DNA of 64,000 bases from Candidatus Calditenuaceae archaeon (GTDB taxonomy: Archaea; Thermoproteota; Nitrososphaeria_A; Caldarchaeales; Calditenuaceae). Below the pieces are notes generated by a model. The model searched no databases. It saw only the letters and a list, made by a program, of their open reading frames with translations, and was not told the DNA's origin. Positions within the stretch are counted from its first letter, which is position 1; every line of letters begins with the position of its first letter. Where the stretch lies: contig JANXEU010000007.1 in the NCBI GenBank assembly GCA_025058055.1, positions 379 to 64,378 of the forward strand, given 5' to 3'. The position numbers and the translations under genes are program-made. This document shows positions 49,100 through 58,529 of the stretch, in pieces.

Positions 49100-49723
49100 C
49101 TAATGATTAAAGATCCAAGAAGCGAAAACCCAAGCGCCAATTCCCACGAGTATAAGGCTCCATATCCTATCGAAGTCAATCCAAAGCCTCTTCAGTGACC
49201 CTATACCCAGCACGAGGTAAACGGAGGCCGCAAAAGACGCCATTACTAAGACGGATGCGGTTGAGTGAAGCGCGATCATGTACAGACCTCCTGTCAAGCT
49301 CCCGGTCGCTCCTCCGTAAATGGAACAGTAGAGCGCGAAGAACGGCATCACCGATGGTATCGACCCATGAACTACACCTAACGCTGCGCCCAATGGGATC
49401 ATCTCAAGCCTTGAGCGCTTCAGCCCGAAGTACCAGTGTGTCCTTCTGAGAAGCCTGTAGGCTCCGAAGGCGATCAACGCCACAGCCGACGCCGGTGCGG
49501 TGACAGAGTTCAGCCACGATGTCGCGATGGAGATGGGCAGGAGCGAGAGCATCGCCAGAGTATGCCCAGCACCCAACAGTCCGACGGTAATGAACACCTC
49601 TCCTCTGCTCTTGTTCATCATACCTCGATGGACGCTGAGCAACCATCCAGACGTAGGGTTAGCACCGTGAATTAGCCCCATGTAGATGACCGTTGAGGCT
49701 ATGACTTCTTCAGGGAGGACCAT
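49100..49723 (-). CDS. Membrane protein of the type recalled as co-encoded with SBP56 (His-containing TM helices)
   Basis: HGANPTSGWL, GH and HG/H motifs in TM segments; 4 nt downstream of the SBP56 gene. Confidence 0.7.
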   Translation of the reverse strand: MVLPEEVIASTVIYMGLIHGANPTSGWLLSVHRGMMNKSRGEVFITVGLLGAGHTLAMLSLLPISIATSWLNSVTAPASAVALIAFGAYRLLRRTHWYFGLKRSRLEMIPLGAALGVVHGSIPSVMPFFALYCSIYGGATGSLTGGLYMIALHSTASVLVMASFAASVYLVLGIGSLKRLWIDFDRIWSLILVGIGAWVFASWIFNH

Positions 49724-49727
49724 GAAC

Positions 49728-51119
49728 TCACGCTGACGGGTAACAGAAACTGTCCGAGCTCGAGTCGCCGCCCTCGAGCCTCACCTGATGGGCCTTCGCT
49801 TGGCCGAAATCAACGAAGAACCTGTCATCGACCGAAAGTTGCCCACCCTCAGAGTTGAGCTTAACCAACCATCCGTAAAGTCCCTCGGGATAGAATATCG
49901 GATCCCACGAGCTGTAAAGCGAGTTGGTCACATACACCCTCCTACCGTCTCTGCTCACCTCTACCATCTGCGGCGCACCGGTAAGTCTCCTTCCTGACGG
50001 ATGATCTGCTCTGTGAACTATTCCACCCAGCTTCGCTATCGACTTGAGCTTGGGCTCGAAGGGGTTGCTTACGTCGTAGCATCTCAGCTCTCCCGTACCC
50101 CAGCAGGAGACGTAGAGGTATCTATCGTCAACTGAGAGAACTATATCGGTCACCAATGGTGGAACGGCTCCGAAGGGCTTCAGGACGCCAGGCAAAAGGT
50201 TCTCTTCTAGCGGAACGGCCTCTATTTCGATCACCTTGCTCACATCCCAGCGGTTATCCTCCTTGTGCCAGAGCCAGATGCTGGAGCTTAGGTCCTTAAC
50301 GCTGATGACGACGTTCGCGAACCCCATCAACTTGGTGGGCTCGTGAAAAGGTCTCAACTCGAGCACCATCCGCTGCTCCTTCCCAAGCTCGATCGATTTT
50401 AGATGCTTCCTTTTCCTGAGGTCCCAGAAGTGAATCCTGTTACCGTAAAGGCCTTTGACAAGCGCGTCTAAGTCGAGCCCGTTCTCGAAGTACTTGGGGA
50501 CGGTCCACTCACTGGATATCATGACCTCTTCTGTGAGGTGCCACCAGAAATCGTAAGCCAAGTACTGGTCTCCCCGGTCGATCTCGAACCTTCCAAGTGG
50601 CTCGAGGGTCCTGTGGTCGAGCAACAAAACGCCTCCCGGACCTTCGTCACCAGTGCCGCCTAGACCGCTGAGGTAGACCGCATCCGGTCCACAATGTACG
50701 GTGTGAATTCTCGAGTATCCGCTGACCTCTCTTATCCTCTCACCTCTGATCTTCTTGACGAGCGTAGGCCTACGCGGATCTGGTTTCGTGTCAATCACGT
50801 AGACGTTCGAGGACCTCAACCCAGGCACTATCAGATACCGTCTCTCTAAAGTGGGGTCGCCATAGGGGCACAGCATGGAGCTACAGGCGTTCCATCCGAA
50901 GTGGTGAAGCTCGTCCCCGATCTCGGGAAGCTCTACCCTGTGTAAGATCTGGCTGTAGGTATCAGATTTCGGATCAACGTCTACGACGGCCAGGAAGTCC
51001 GGCTTCTGCAGACCTGTGCCAGTGTAAAGCCCGGCGACATACGCTATCGTCTCAGGAGGGCCTCTAACCGCCTCTCTCGGCGTCGGGTAAAAAGTCTGGT
51101 CGGGTTTGAGCCTGCTCAC
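49728..51119 (-). CDS. Selenium-binding protein SBP56 / methanethiol oxidase-like
   Basis: GDELHHFGWNACSS, HTVHC, YDFWWH, SSEW, APQMVEVSRDGRRVYVTNSLYSSWD, HQVRLEGGDSSSD. Confidence 0.93.
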   Translation of the reverse strand: MSRLKPDQTFYPTPREAVRGPPETIAYVAGLYTGTGLQKPDFLAVVDVDPKSDTYSQILHRVELPEIGDELHHFGWNACSSMLCPYGDPTLERRYLIVPGLRSSNVYVIDTKPDPRRPTLVKKIRGERIREVSGYSRIHTVHCGPDAVYLSGLGGTGDEGPGGVLLLDHRTLEPLGRFEIDRGDQYLAYDFWWHLTEEVMISSEWTVPKYFENGLDLDALVKGLYGNRIHFWDLRKRKHLKSIELGKEQRMVLELRPFHEPTKLMGFANVVISVKDLSSSIWLWHKEDNRWDVSKVIEIEAVPLEENLLPGVLKPFGAVPPLVTDIVLSVDDRYLYVSCWGTGELRCYDVSNPFEPKLKSIAKLGGIVHRADHPSGRRLTGAPQMVEVSRDGRRVYVTNSLYSSWDPIFYPEGLYGWLVKLNSEGGQLSVDDRFFVDFGQAKAHQVRLEGGDSSSDSFCYPSA

Positions 51120-51142
51120 GCGCTACACACAAATCTAGTCAT

Positions 51143-51150
51143 ATATATAA
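51143..51150 (-). promoter_or_regulatory. TATA box of the SBP56 operon (probably leaderless mRNA)
   Basis: TTATATAT 24-31 nt upstream of GTG 51119. Confidence 0.55.
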
Positions 51151-51446
51151 TTAAAATGATTACTCAATAGGTCCAATATTATATTGCATTAATGCCCGAG
51201 AGGAGGTTGGAGAGGGTCTGAGTGGGTGGAAAACCGCGGAGTTCACGTTCTAGCGCGGTTGGGAGCGGTTCGACCAAAAGGGCTTTGGAGACCTGCCTCA
51301 GCTGCTCGAGGGCCTTGAAGCCCAATGCCGACACGTGGGAGCGTGATCGAACTAAGAAGTCCTCGGGCTGAGAGGCTATGCTCGGACGGTGATATCTTTT
51401 TATGGACGCCGTAGTGTCGCATTCACGCAAAAAGGTGAAAGATGAG

Positions 51447-51719
51447 ATGAGCACTTCGGACGTGACCGTGTTGGTAGGGAAGAAGCCAGCGATGAGCTAC
51501 GTTCTAGCGTGTCTGATAGCGTTGCAACAGGGCCAGAACATCACGTTGAAGGCTAGGGGTAAGGCGATCAGCAGGGCAGTGGACGTAGTTCAGATACTTC
51601 GAAACAGGTTCCTGAGGGACCTGAGGGTGCAGCAGATAAACTTGGGGACCGAGACGCTGAAGGGGCAGGACGGCCGCGACGTCAACGTCAGCACCATCGA
51701 GATCAAAATAGCCCACTGA
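51447..51719 (+). CDS. albA: DNA/RNA-binding protein Alba
   Basis: VGKKPAMSYV, KARGKAISRAVDV, VSTIEI. Confidence 0.96.
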   Translation: MSTSDVTVLVGKKPAMSYVLACLIALQQGQNITLKARGKAISRAVDVVQILRNRFLRDLRVQQINLGTETLKGQDGRDVNVSTIEIKIAH

Positions 51720-51765
51720 ACTAAAGTCGACAGGTGCGGAGCGATGAGCTGGGGGACCAGGGGAG

Positions 51766-52263
51766 TTGAGACTTCCGGTTTGCGAGTTCGACGTCAGGAC
51801 CGGAACCCTCTGCCCGAAATGCGAGCCCCTCATCTCGTCCGGTGCGTTATCACCGGAAGACCTACGAGCGATGAGGGAGCTTCTGGAGGCAGAGCTTCAG
51901 TTTCCCCAGCTCAAGACAGCTGAATACGTAAAAACCATACGAGCAAGCGGAATTTTCTTTGTCTTGCTTCGATATTACGCCGACCTGAGGCAGTTCAAGT
52001 TCAGACTTGAGCGACACCTTTCTCAGAGGCTAGGCGCTCAGGTGAACGTCATCGAGTACGCTGGGAGCGTGAACGCGTTGCTGGAGCAGCTCTTGAAGCC
52101 TGCAAGGGTGACCGGCATCAGCAGGGTGTGGCTTCCTGACGGAACCGAGCAACTCCTCGTGAAGGTGGACAAGATGTCCTCCGTTACCATCGGAATAGAC
52201 AGAGTTACCGATGTGCTCAAGGCCCTCCGGGGCATTGAGGTAGTAATCGAAGAGGCCGGGTGA
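51766..52263 (+). CDS. Archaeal NusA-like protein with N-terminal Zn motif
   Basis: PVCEFD..TG.LCPKC, LLKPARV.G...VWLPDG. Confidence 0.75.
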   Translation: MRLPVCEFDVRTGTLCPKCEPLISSGALSPEDLRAMRELLEAELQFPQLKTAEYVKTIRASGIFFVLLRYYADLRQFKFRLERHLSQRLGAQVNVIEYAGSVNALLEQLLKPARVTGISRVWLPDGTEQLLVKVDKMSSVTIGIDRVTDVLKALRGIEVVIEEAG

Positions 52264-52264
52264 C

Positions 52265-53161
52265 TCAGGTCAGTAGCCCTATGTAACGAGAGGCGCTGTC
52301 GGGTAACACGGTAACTACGAGGCCCTCTTCTAAATCCTGTGCCACGGAGATGGCCGCATAGACATTCGCACCTGCCGACGGCCCCGTGAGAAGTCCGAAC
52401 CTCCTCGCTAGGACGCGGGCCGTGTTATACGCATCCTCAGTCCTGACGAACACTCGAACGTCGGCAAAGCTATCGTCGTAAATCTTGGGAACGATCGCGT
52501 TGTACATGTTCTTCAGCCCCTCGATGCCGTGAAGCGGTTCGGCCGGCTGGACCTCCACCAACCTCACGTCTCTGATGACCTCCTTCAACCTCTTCCCCGC
52601 ACCCATAAGCGTTCCCGACGTGCCGACCCCCGCGACGAAGTGCGTTACCTTCCCTAATGTCTGCTCTATGATCTCCGGCCCGGTAGTCTCGTAGTGAGCC
52701 CTCAGGTTGGATGGGTTGTCGTATTGATTCGCGTAAAAGTATCGCTTTGGGTCGGATTCGTAGATCTCCCTCGCCTTCCTGATGGCGCCGTCGATGCCCT
52801 CGAGCGCGTCTGAGACGATGATCTCTGAGCCGAGATACCTCAAAAGGGCGAGCTTTTGCTGGCTGATGCTGCCCGGTACTACTAGGGTGACACCTATTCC
52901 AAGGGAGGCTCCCACCAACGCGAGCCCCAACCCCATGTTCCCCGACGTAGCATCGAGTATCCGTTTCTCTTGGGTCAGCGCACCGCTCCTCAATGCGTCC
53001 ATCACTATGTATAGGGCAGGCCTGTCCTTGACCGAGCCGCCAGGGTTCATGAACTCGGCTTTAGCCATGAGCCTCACCCCTCTCCGGTCTCCCAGTAGCC
53101 GCGTCAAATCGATCATAGGCGTCCTGCCGATAGCGCTCAGCACGCTTCCGAGCTCCATCAC
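52265..53161 (-). CDS. PLP-dependent cysteine synthase (CysK/CysM family)
   Basis: IGRTP, NPGGSVKDR, TSGN, QYDNP.N..AH, GTSGT, PDSASRY. Confidence 0.92.
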   Translation of the reverse strand: MMELGSVLSAIGRTPMIDLTRLLGDRRGVRLMAKAEFMNPGGSVKDRPALYIVMDALRSGALTQEKRILDATSGNMGLGLALVGASLGIGVTLVVPGSISQQKLALLRYLGSEIIVSDALEGIDGAIRKAREIYESDPKRYFYANQYDNPSNLRAHYETTGPEIIEQTLGKVTHFVAGVGTSGTLMGAGKRLKEVIRDVRLVEVQPAEPLHGIEGLKNMYNAIVPKIYDDSFADVRVFVRTEDAYNTARVLARRFGLLTGPSAGANVYAAISVAQDLEEGLVVTVLPDSASRYIGLLT

Positions 53162-53243
53162 CGAAACTTGTATTGTCCTGTTATAATTTCAACGTAAGCA
53201 GTAACACCAGAACCAACAAATCCAGAAGCCATCTCCTTCCGGT

Positions 53244-54815
53244 GTGGGCAATTGGGATACAAATGACGCACTAGAGTATCACGAGAACACCAAGCACAGC
53301 TACGTATCCGTTAGGCTGCGAGGGCGAGGTCTGGACTGGGAGAACATGCCTTACCCCTTCAAAGTTTACCCTGATGCACCTAGGGTCGAGCTTCCCAGTT
53401 CCTTTCCCTCACCAACCGCCACCCTCTTCGAGGCGCTGCGCCGTCCTGAATCGCGAACGCTCCGAGAGATCGAGCTGCCGCTGATCGCGGAGCTCCTCTT
53501 CTATAGTGCCGGCATCACCAGAATTAAGGACTACGGATGGGGAAGGGTCTACTTCAGGGCGGCAGCTGCCACAGGCAACCTCCACGAGACTGAGCTCTAC
53601 TTAGTCGTGGGTGGTGGAGGAGATCTGGAACCCGGAGTTTACCACTTCGATCCTTGTGAGTTCTGCCTGTCGCAGATCAGAAGAGGTGATTACAGGCAGC
53701 GCTTGGCTAGGTCTACGCGCTCGGCCGAAGTGCTGGAATCCGGCCTGACGGTCGTTCTCAGCTCCGTGGCGTGGAGGAACGCTTGGAAGTACGGCCCGAG
53801 GTCCTACAGACACTGGTTCTGGGACGGTGGCGCTCTATGCGCGAACCTGCTGGCCGTCTCGAGGGCCGAGGGTCTCGAGCCAGAGGTCCTGATGGGGTTC
53901 GTAGACGAGGAGGTCAACGCTCTGATCGGCGCCGAGCAGCCTAGGGAGGCGGCGATAGCAGTCGTGGCCCTGAAGGGGCTCGAGTCGAGCCACCCGGGCT
54001 CGAGCCCGTCCACCGACCCAATTCGGTACCGGCCGATGCCCTACTCGAGGCGCGAGGTCCAGTATAGAGAGATCGCTGAGGCCCACGCATCCTCCTGCCT
54101 CCGCGACGCCGACGAGGTGGCGAGGTGGAGGGACGGTGCCGGGCGGCTGAGGCCGACCAGCGACCTTGAGCCCCCTGCGGCCAGCTGGCTGTGGGCCGAC
54201 CTGCGCCCCCTACCGCTCGGCGAAGCGATCCTGTTACGGGGCTCGGCGAGGAGGTTCACCCAGACACCAATACGCGGCGAGGTGCTACGCGCCGTGACGT
54301 GGGCGATGTGCGCCCCGATCGAGGCTGACTTCGTCCCGAGAGGACTGACGACGCTGCTGGAGCGGTTCGCGATCGTGAACGCGGTCGATGGACTCGATCC
54401 AGGCTCCTACCTTCATGAGCGCGGGAGCCTCGAGCTCCGCCTCCTTAAGCCTGGGAACTTCAGGAGGGTAGCGGGGTACCTCTGCTTGGAGCAGGGCCTG
54501 GGGAGCGACGCCTCGGTCGTCTTCTTCCTGATGGCGAGGCTCGGGGAGGTCCTCGGACACATGGGCAACAGGGGCTACAGGGCGGTCCAGTTCGAGGCGG
54601 GGGTCAGGGTCGGACTGGCGTACCTAGTCGCGTACTCGCTGGGGATCGGCGCGACCGGGCTGACGTTCTACGACGACGTCCGGGAGTTCTTCGCGCCTGC
54701 CTCGGACGGCATGGAGAACATGATGGTGGTGGCGCTTGGGAACCCGTCCTACAGGTCCAGGCCCGGCAGGATTCACGTCCGGGAGTGCAGGCACCCGGCC
54801 TTTAGGAGGTCGTGA
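53244..54815 (+). CDS. SagB/ThcOx-family tandem-nitroreductase dehydrogenase
   Basis: YHENTKH, RAAAATGNLH..ELY, WKYGPRSYR...DGG, second domain RGS.R, LEQ, GYRA, GATGLTFYDD. Confidence 0.85.
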   Translation: MGNWDTNDALEYHENTKHSYVSVRLRGRGLDWENMPYPFKVYPDAPRVELPSSFPSPTATLFEALRRPESRTLREIELPLIAELLFYSAGITRIKDYGWGRVYFRAAAATGNLHETELYLVVGGGGDLEPGVYHFDPCEFCLSQIRRGDYRQRLARSTRSAEVLESGLTVVLSSVAWRNAWKYGPRSYRHWFWDGGALCANLLAVSRAEGLEPEVLMGFVDEEVNALIGAEQPREAAIAVVALKGLESSHPGSSPSTDPIRYRPMPYSRREVQYREIAEAHASSCLRDADEVARWRDGAGRLRPTSDLEPPAASWLWADLRPLPLGEAILLRGSARRFTQTPIRGEVLRAVTWAMCAPIEADFVPRGLTTLLERFAIVNAVDGLDPGSYLHERGSLELRLLKPGNFRRVAGYLCLEQGLGSDASVVFFLMARLGEVLGHMGNRGYRAVQFEAGVRVGLAYLVAYSLGIGATGLTFYDDVREFFAPASDGMENMMVVALGNPSYRSRPGRIHVRECRHPAFRRS

Positions 54816-54858
54816 GGTCGGCCAACCCCTTTACTGTTATATGGGATGATTCAGCACT

Positions 54859-55437
54859 ATGATTATGGTGATGGACTCCAAGGTGAGGGCGATCACGAGG
54901 AGCGATGTGGTCACGATCGATGAGGACTCGACGGTCGAGGAGGCCGCGAAGCTGATGGGGTCAAAAGGGATCGGTGCGCTCGCGGTGACGAGGAATGGGA
55001 GGATCGTGGGGATCATCACGGAGAGGGATGTCCTCAAGCGCGTGGTCGCTGAGGGGAGGGACCCTAAGCTCACGAAGGTGAGGGACGTGATGACCTCGCC
55101 GCCGATAACCGTTGGCCCCGACACGACCATCAGGGAGGCGATAGACCTGATGAACAGGAGGAGGATCAGGAGGCTCTTGGTCGAGGAGGAGGGCAGGATC
55201 GTGGGGATCTTCACGCAGAGGGACATTCTCGCCCTTACGAGGATCTGCCTCTACTGCGTCAAGGAGGTCTCCCTGCTCGCCCCGACCGATGACGGCGAAC
55301 CTTTGATCGTCTGCGGTTGCGGAGCCATCTATCACAAGTCCTGCGCGACGACGGTCGTCTACTGCCTTGACTGCTCAACTAGATTGATCGAGGTGATTCG
55401 GGCACCAGCTCCGGAAGACACCTTGGCTGGCGACTGA
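54859..55437 (+). CDS. CBS-pair protein with C-terminal C4HC3 RING/PHD-like zinc finger
   Basis: Two CBS repeats (VGIITERD, VGIFTQRD), then CxxC-x18-CxC-x4-H-xx-C-x6-CxxC. Confidence 0.85.
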   Translation: MIMVMDSKVRAITRSDVVTIDEDSTVEEAAKLMGSKGIGALAVTRNGRIVGIITERDVLKRVVAEGRDPKLTKVRDVMTSPPITVGPDTTIREAIDLMNRRRIRRLLVEEEGRIVGIFTQRDILALTRICLYCVKEVSLLAPTDDGEPLIVCGCGAIYHKSCATTVVYCLDCSTRLIEVIRAPAPEDTLAGD

Positions 55438-55524
55438 GCACTCTTAGGTCTCACCCGCCGATCGCTAGAGGGTCTCACGAAGACTCAGTTGATATACGGG
55501 AAGCAGAAAAGAGCTCTAGGAGCG

Positions 55525-57084
55525 ATGACGTCTCAGGTGAGGTTCGAGGAGATCAGCCCAGCTGACTTCTTCTACAGGAATAGAGATCTGGCTGGGTTCA
55601 CAAATCCGGCGAGGTCGCTTTACATGTGCATTCGAGAGCTCGTGGAGAACAGCCTCGACGCGACCGAGATCATCAGGGTTCCACCGAACGTCTGGGTCCA
55701 GCTGGAACCGGTCAACGGCGAGAGCGAACGAATCCTCAAGTTGACGGTCAAGGACAACGGGGTAGGAGTCGATGGTGACAAGATACCGAAGGCCTTCGGG
55801 ACGGTCCTTTACGGCAGCAAGTACGGCTTCAAGCAGTCGAGGGGGACTTTCGGCGTCGGAGGCACGATGGCCTTGCTTTACGGCCAGATCACGACGAACC
55901 AGGCTTTCACGATTGCCTCAAGCACCGGGGGCAAGGAGATCCACGAGTACAAGATGATGATAGACATCGTAGACAACAAGCCGAAGGTCTTAGAACACAA
56001 AGTCCTCCCGAACCAGAGGCGGTGGAGGGGGACGATTGTCAAGGTAACGCTGGAGGGTGATTACGCCGGCAGCAGGTCCAAGATCCTTGAGTACTTCACG
56101 ATGAGCGCAATCGTCAACGCGAACGCCAACATCGTCTTCGTGGATCCGAGGTACCGACTCTACGTCTTCAGGAGAGTGATAGAGGATGTCCCCGAACCTC
56201 CAAAGGAGGGGAGACCTCACCCGCTGGGCGTGGACGTCGAGACTGTGAACAGACTGCTCGCCAACACCAAGTCGAGGGACGTTCGGTCATTCCTGGTCGC
56301 GGAGTTCCAGAGGATGGGCCCGAAGACCGCGGAGGAGGTGCTCAAGCTAGCGGGAATAGATCGCGACAGGAAGGTCAAGGACGTCTCCCACGACGAGGTC
56401 ACGAAACTCGTTGAGGCGTTCAAGAGCTACGGCAAGTTCAGGGCACCCGAGACCAGCACGATCAGTCCCGTCGGGGTCAAGTTCATCGAGGCCGGGCTCA
56501 GGGCGATCTATAGGCCCGACTTCCTGCACGTCGTTCAGAGACCCCCCTCAAGCTACTCCGGAATACCCTTCGTCGTGGAGGCGGCCATAGCATACGGTGG
56601 CTCAATCGAGCCCTCGGAGGAGATCCACCTCCTGAGGTTTGCGAACAAGATACCTCTGCTCTACGACGAGAAGGCCGACGTTTCTTGGAAGGTGATATCG
56701 GAGAGGATCGACTGGAGCTCTTACAAGGTCCAGAAGGGGATGCCTGTTTTGGTGCTGACAAGCGTCTGCTCGCCGAAGGTGCCCTACAAGACGGTCGGGA
56801 AGGAGGCGATCTCGGACCGGCCCGAGATCGAGAGGGAGCTCACGATCGCGATCAGGGAGTGCGCCAGGAACTTGAGACTCTACCTCAGCAGGCTAGAGAA
56901 GGGCGAGGCAGCCAAGAGGAGGCTTAGCGTCTACGCGAGGTACCTCCCGATGATCGCGAAGAACTCAGCCTACGTTGCGGGCACGGATCCACCGGACGTG
57001 ATGCCCTTGCTCAGATCAATAGGCGTCACGGCCCGGATGGTTGAGGAAGAGACGAGGGCTCTCGCCGAAGAGCTAGCTTCCTGA
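55525..57084 (+). CDS. top6B: DNA topoisomerase VI subunit B
   Basis: ISPADFFYRN, RELVENSLDA, DNGVG, GSKY..KQSRG.FG.G, RFANKIPLLYD, KVPYKTVGKE. Confidence 0.96.
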   Translation: MTSQVRFEEISPADFFYRNRDLAGFTNPARSLYMCIRELVENSLDATEIIRVPPNVWVQLEPVNGESERILKLTVKDNGVGVDGDKIPKAFGTVLYGSKYGFKQSRGTFGVGGTMALLYGQITTNQAFTIASSTGGKEIHEYKMMIDIVDNKPKVLEHKVLPNQRRWRGTIVKVTLEGDYAGSRSKILEYFTMSAIVNANANIVFVDPRYRLYVFRRVIEDVPEPPKEGRPHPLGVDVETVNRLLANTKSRDVRSFLVAEFQRMGPKTAEEVLKLAGIDRDRKVKDVSHDEVTKLVEAFKSYGKFRAPETSTISPVGVKFIEAGLRAIYRPDFLHVVQRPPSSYSGIPFVVEAAIAYGGSIEPSEEIHLLRFANKIPLLYDEKADVSWKVISERIDWSSYKVQKGMPVLVLTSVCSPKVPYKTVGKEAISDRPEIERELTIAIRECARNLRLYLSRLEKGEAAKRRLSVYARYLPMIAKNSAYVAGTDPPDVMPLLRSIGVTARMVEEETRALAEELAS

Positions 57085-57655
57085 TCAGGAGTAGAGCGGC
57101 ATAGGCTAACACGCCTGCGAGCGTGACCCATCCTATGAGGTCCACGTAGTTGAGGATCAGGTCGACCATGCCCTCGCCGTAGAACGAGAGGAAGAGGCTC
57201 ACGGGGATGAACCGGGCTGCACGCCCTATCGCAGCTGCAACGATGAACCCTTTAACGTCCCTCATCCCTAGAGCCCCGGCGCCGATGGTGAACACCTTGA
57301 AGGGGAGTGGTGTGAACGCGGCCAGTCCGACCGCGAGAGCACCGTAGCGATCGAAGTATCGCTCGAGAGCGGAGATGTTTCGCTTCCCCGCGACCCTGAG
57401 CAGCAGCGGCCTCCCGAACCTCCTTCCTAAATAGTAGCCTACCAAACCACCTGCGACCGAGGAGACGACCGTTATCGCGCCGTAGAGCGGGCCGTTGGCA
57501 GGGTCTAGCAGCACCATCGGTACCAGAAGCGCATCAGGTGGGACAGGGAAGAATATCGACTCGGTGAAGGAGAGCAGAGCCAGCCCGAAGGGGCCTATGT
57601 GAAGGAGGTGGTTCCGCGCGAACTCTATCATCGCCTCAAGCAGGTCCCTCAGCAA
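57026..57655 (-). CDS. YqaA/DedA (VTT domain) membrane protein
   Basis: SFTESIFFPVPPD, GYYLGR..GR, FTPLPFKVF, GRAARF. Confidence 0.88.
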   Translation of the reverse strand: MLRDLLEAMIEFARNHLLHIGPFGLALLSFTESIFFPVPPDALLVPMVLLDPANGPLYGAITVVSSVAGGLVGYYLGRRFGRPLLLRVAGKRNISALERYFDRYGALAVGLAAFTPLPFKVFTIGAGALGMRDVKGFIVAAAIGRAARFIPVSLFLSFYGEGMVDLILNYVDLIGWVTLAGVLAYAALLLIRKLALRREPSSLPQPSGP

Positions 57656-57731
57656 CTGCTGTGTCCTAAAGCCGTTGATGATTTAAAGGTCCCTGACCAA
57701 AACCATTATACCGCCGAACCGGTGGAACTGC

Positions 57732-58529
57732 GTGGAGGTACTACTGGTTTACACGCGGCTTAAGGAGGCGAGCGTTGCTCTTGCGTCCAAACTCGAAAAC
57801 CTGATCTCGGGAAGTGGTCACCGCGTGACCGTTATGGACGTCGACTCCTTACAGGAGAGGCGGTTCGATGTGGACTTGGGTGTAGCCATCGGTGGCGACG
57901 GCACCATACTCAGGACCTTTTATCACCTCGAGGAACCAGAGACACCAGTTCTTCCGGTCTCGGTGGGAAGGGGAGGATATTTGGCCGAGGTGGGGCCGGA
58001 GATGGCTCAGGAGGCGGTGGAGAAGGTCGTCGGGGGCTCCTACTATACGGAGAGGCACATGAGGGTGAGGGTGGAGGTCGATGGCGACGTCGTCGCAGAC
58101 GCCGTCAACGACGCCTACGTCTCTGCCACGGAGCCCGGCAAGGTGATCGAGTACTCCATCGCACTCGACGGGTTCGTCCTCAACGGCATCGTCAGTGACG
58201 GTCTGGTGGTCTCAACTCCCGTGGGATCGACGGCCTACAACTTCTCCTGCGGAGGGCCTGCGGTGGACGACACGATGGAATGCTTCGTCATGGCCCCAGT
58301 CGCTCCGATCACGTATTTCAGACCGTTGGTCGTTTCGGGTCTTAAGACACTCGAGCTAAACGTTATAGGAGGCAGAGCGTCCGTCCTCTGCGACGGCTTC
58401 GCCAGGACTGACGTCACGAACTCCGTGAGGTTCTTCAGATCGCCTCACTACGCCGTCATCGTCAGGGTCGGCAGGGGGCCCCTCTTCGAGAGGAGGTTGA
58501 GGAAGAGGCTAGGTTGGACGGTGAGGTGA
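57732..58529 (+). CDS. nadK: NAD kinase
   Basis: GGDGT, AVND, DGLVVSTPVGSTAYNFSCGGP. Confidence 0.93.
   Translation: MEVLLVYTRLKEASVALASKLENLISGSGHRVTVMDVDSLQERRFDVDLGVAIGGDGTILRTFYHLEEPETPVLPVSVGRGGYLAEVGPEMAQEAVEKVVGGSYYTERHMRVRVEVDGDVVADAVNDAYVSATEPGKVIEYSIALDGFVLNGIVSDGLVVSTPVGSTAYNFSCGGPAVDDTMECFVMAPVAPITYFRPLVVSGLKTLELNVIGGRASVLCDGFARTDVTNSVRFFRSPHYAVIVRVGRGPLFERRLRKRLGWTVR

Noticed and set aside
53244-54815. Azole-containing RiPP cluster
   Set aside because: No YcaO, E1-like scaffold or Cys/Ser-rich precursor in the window.
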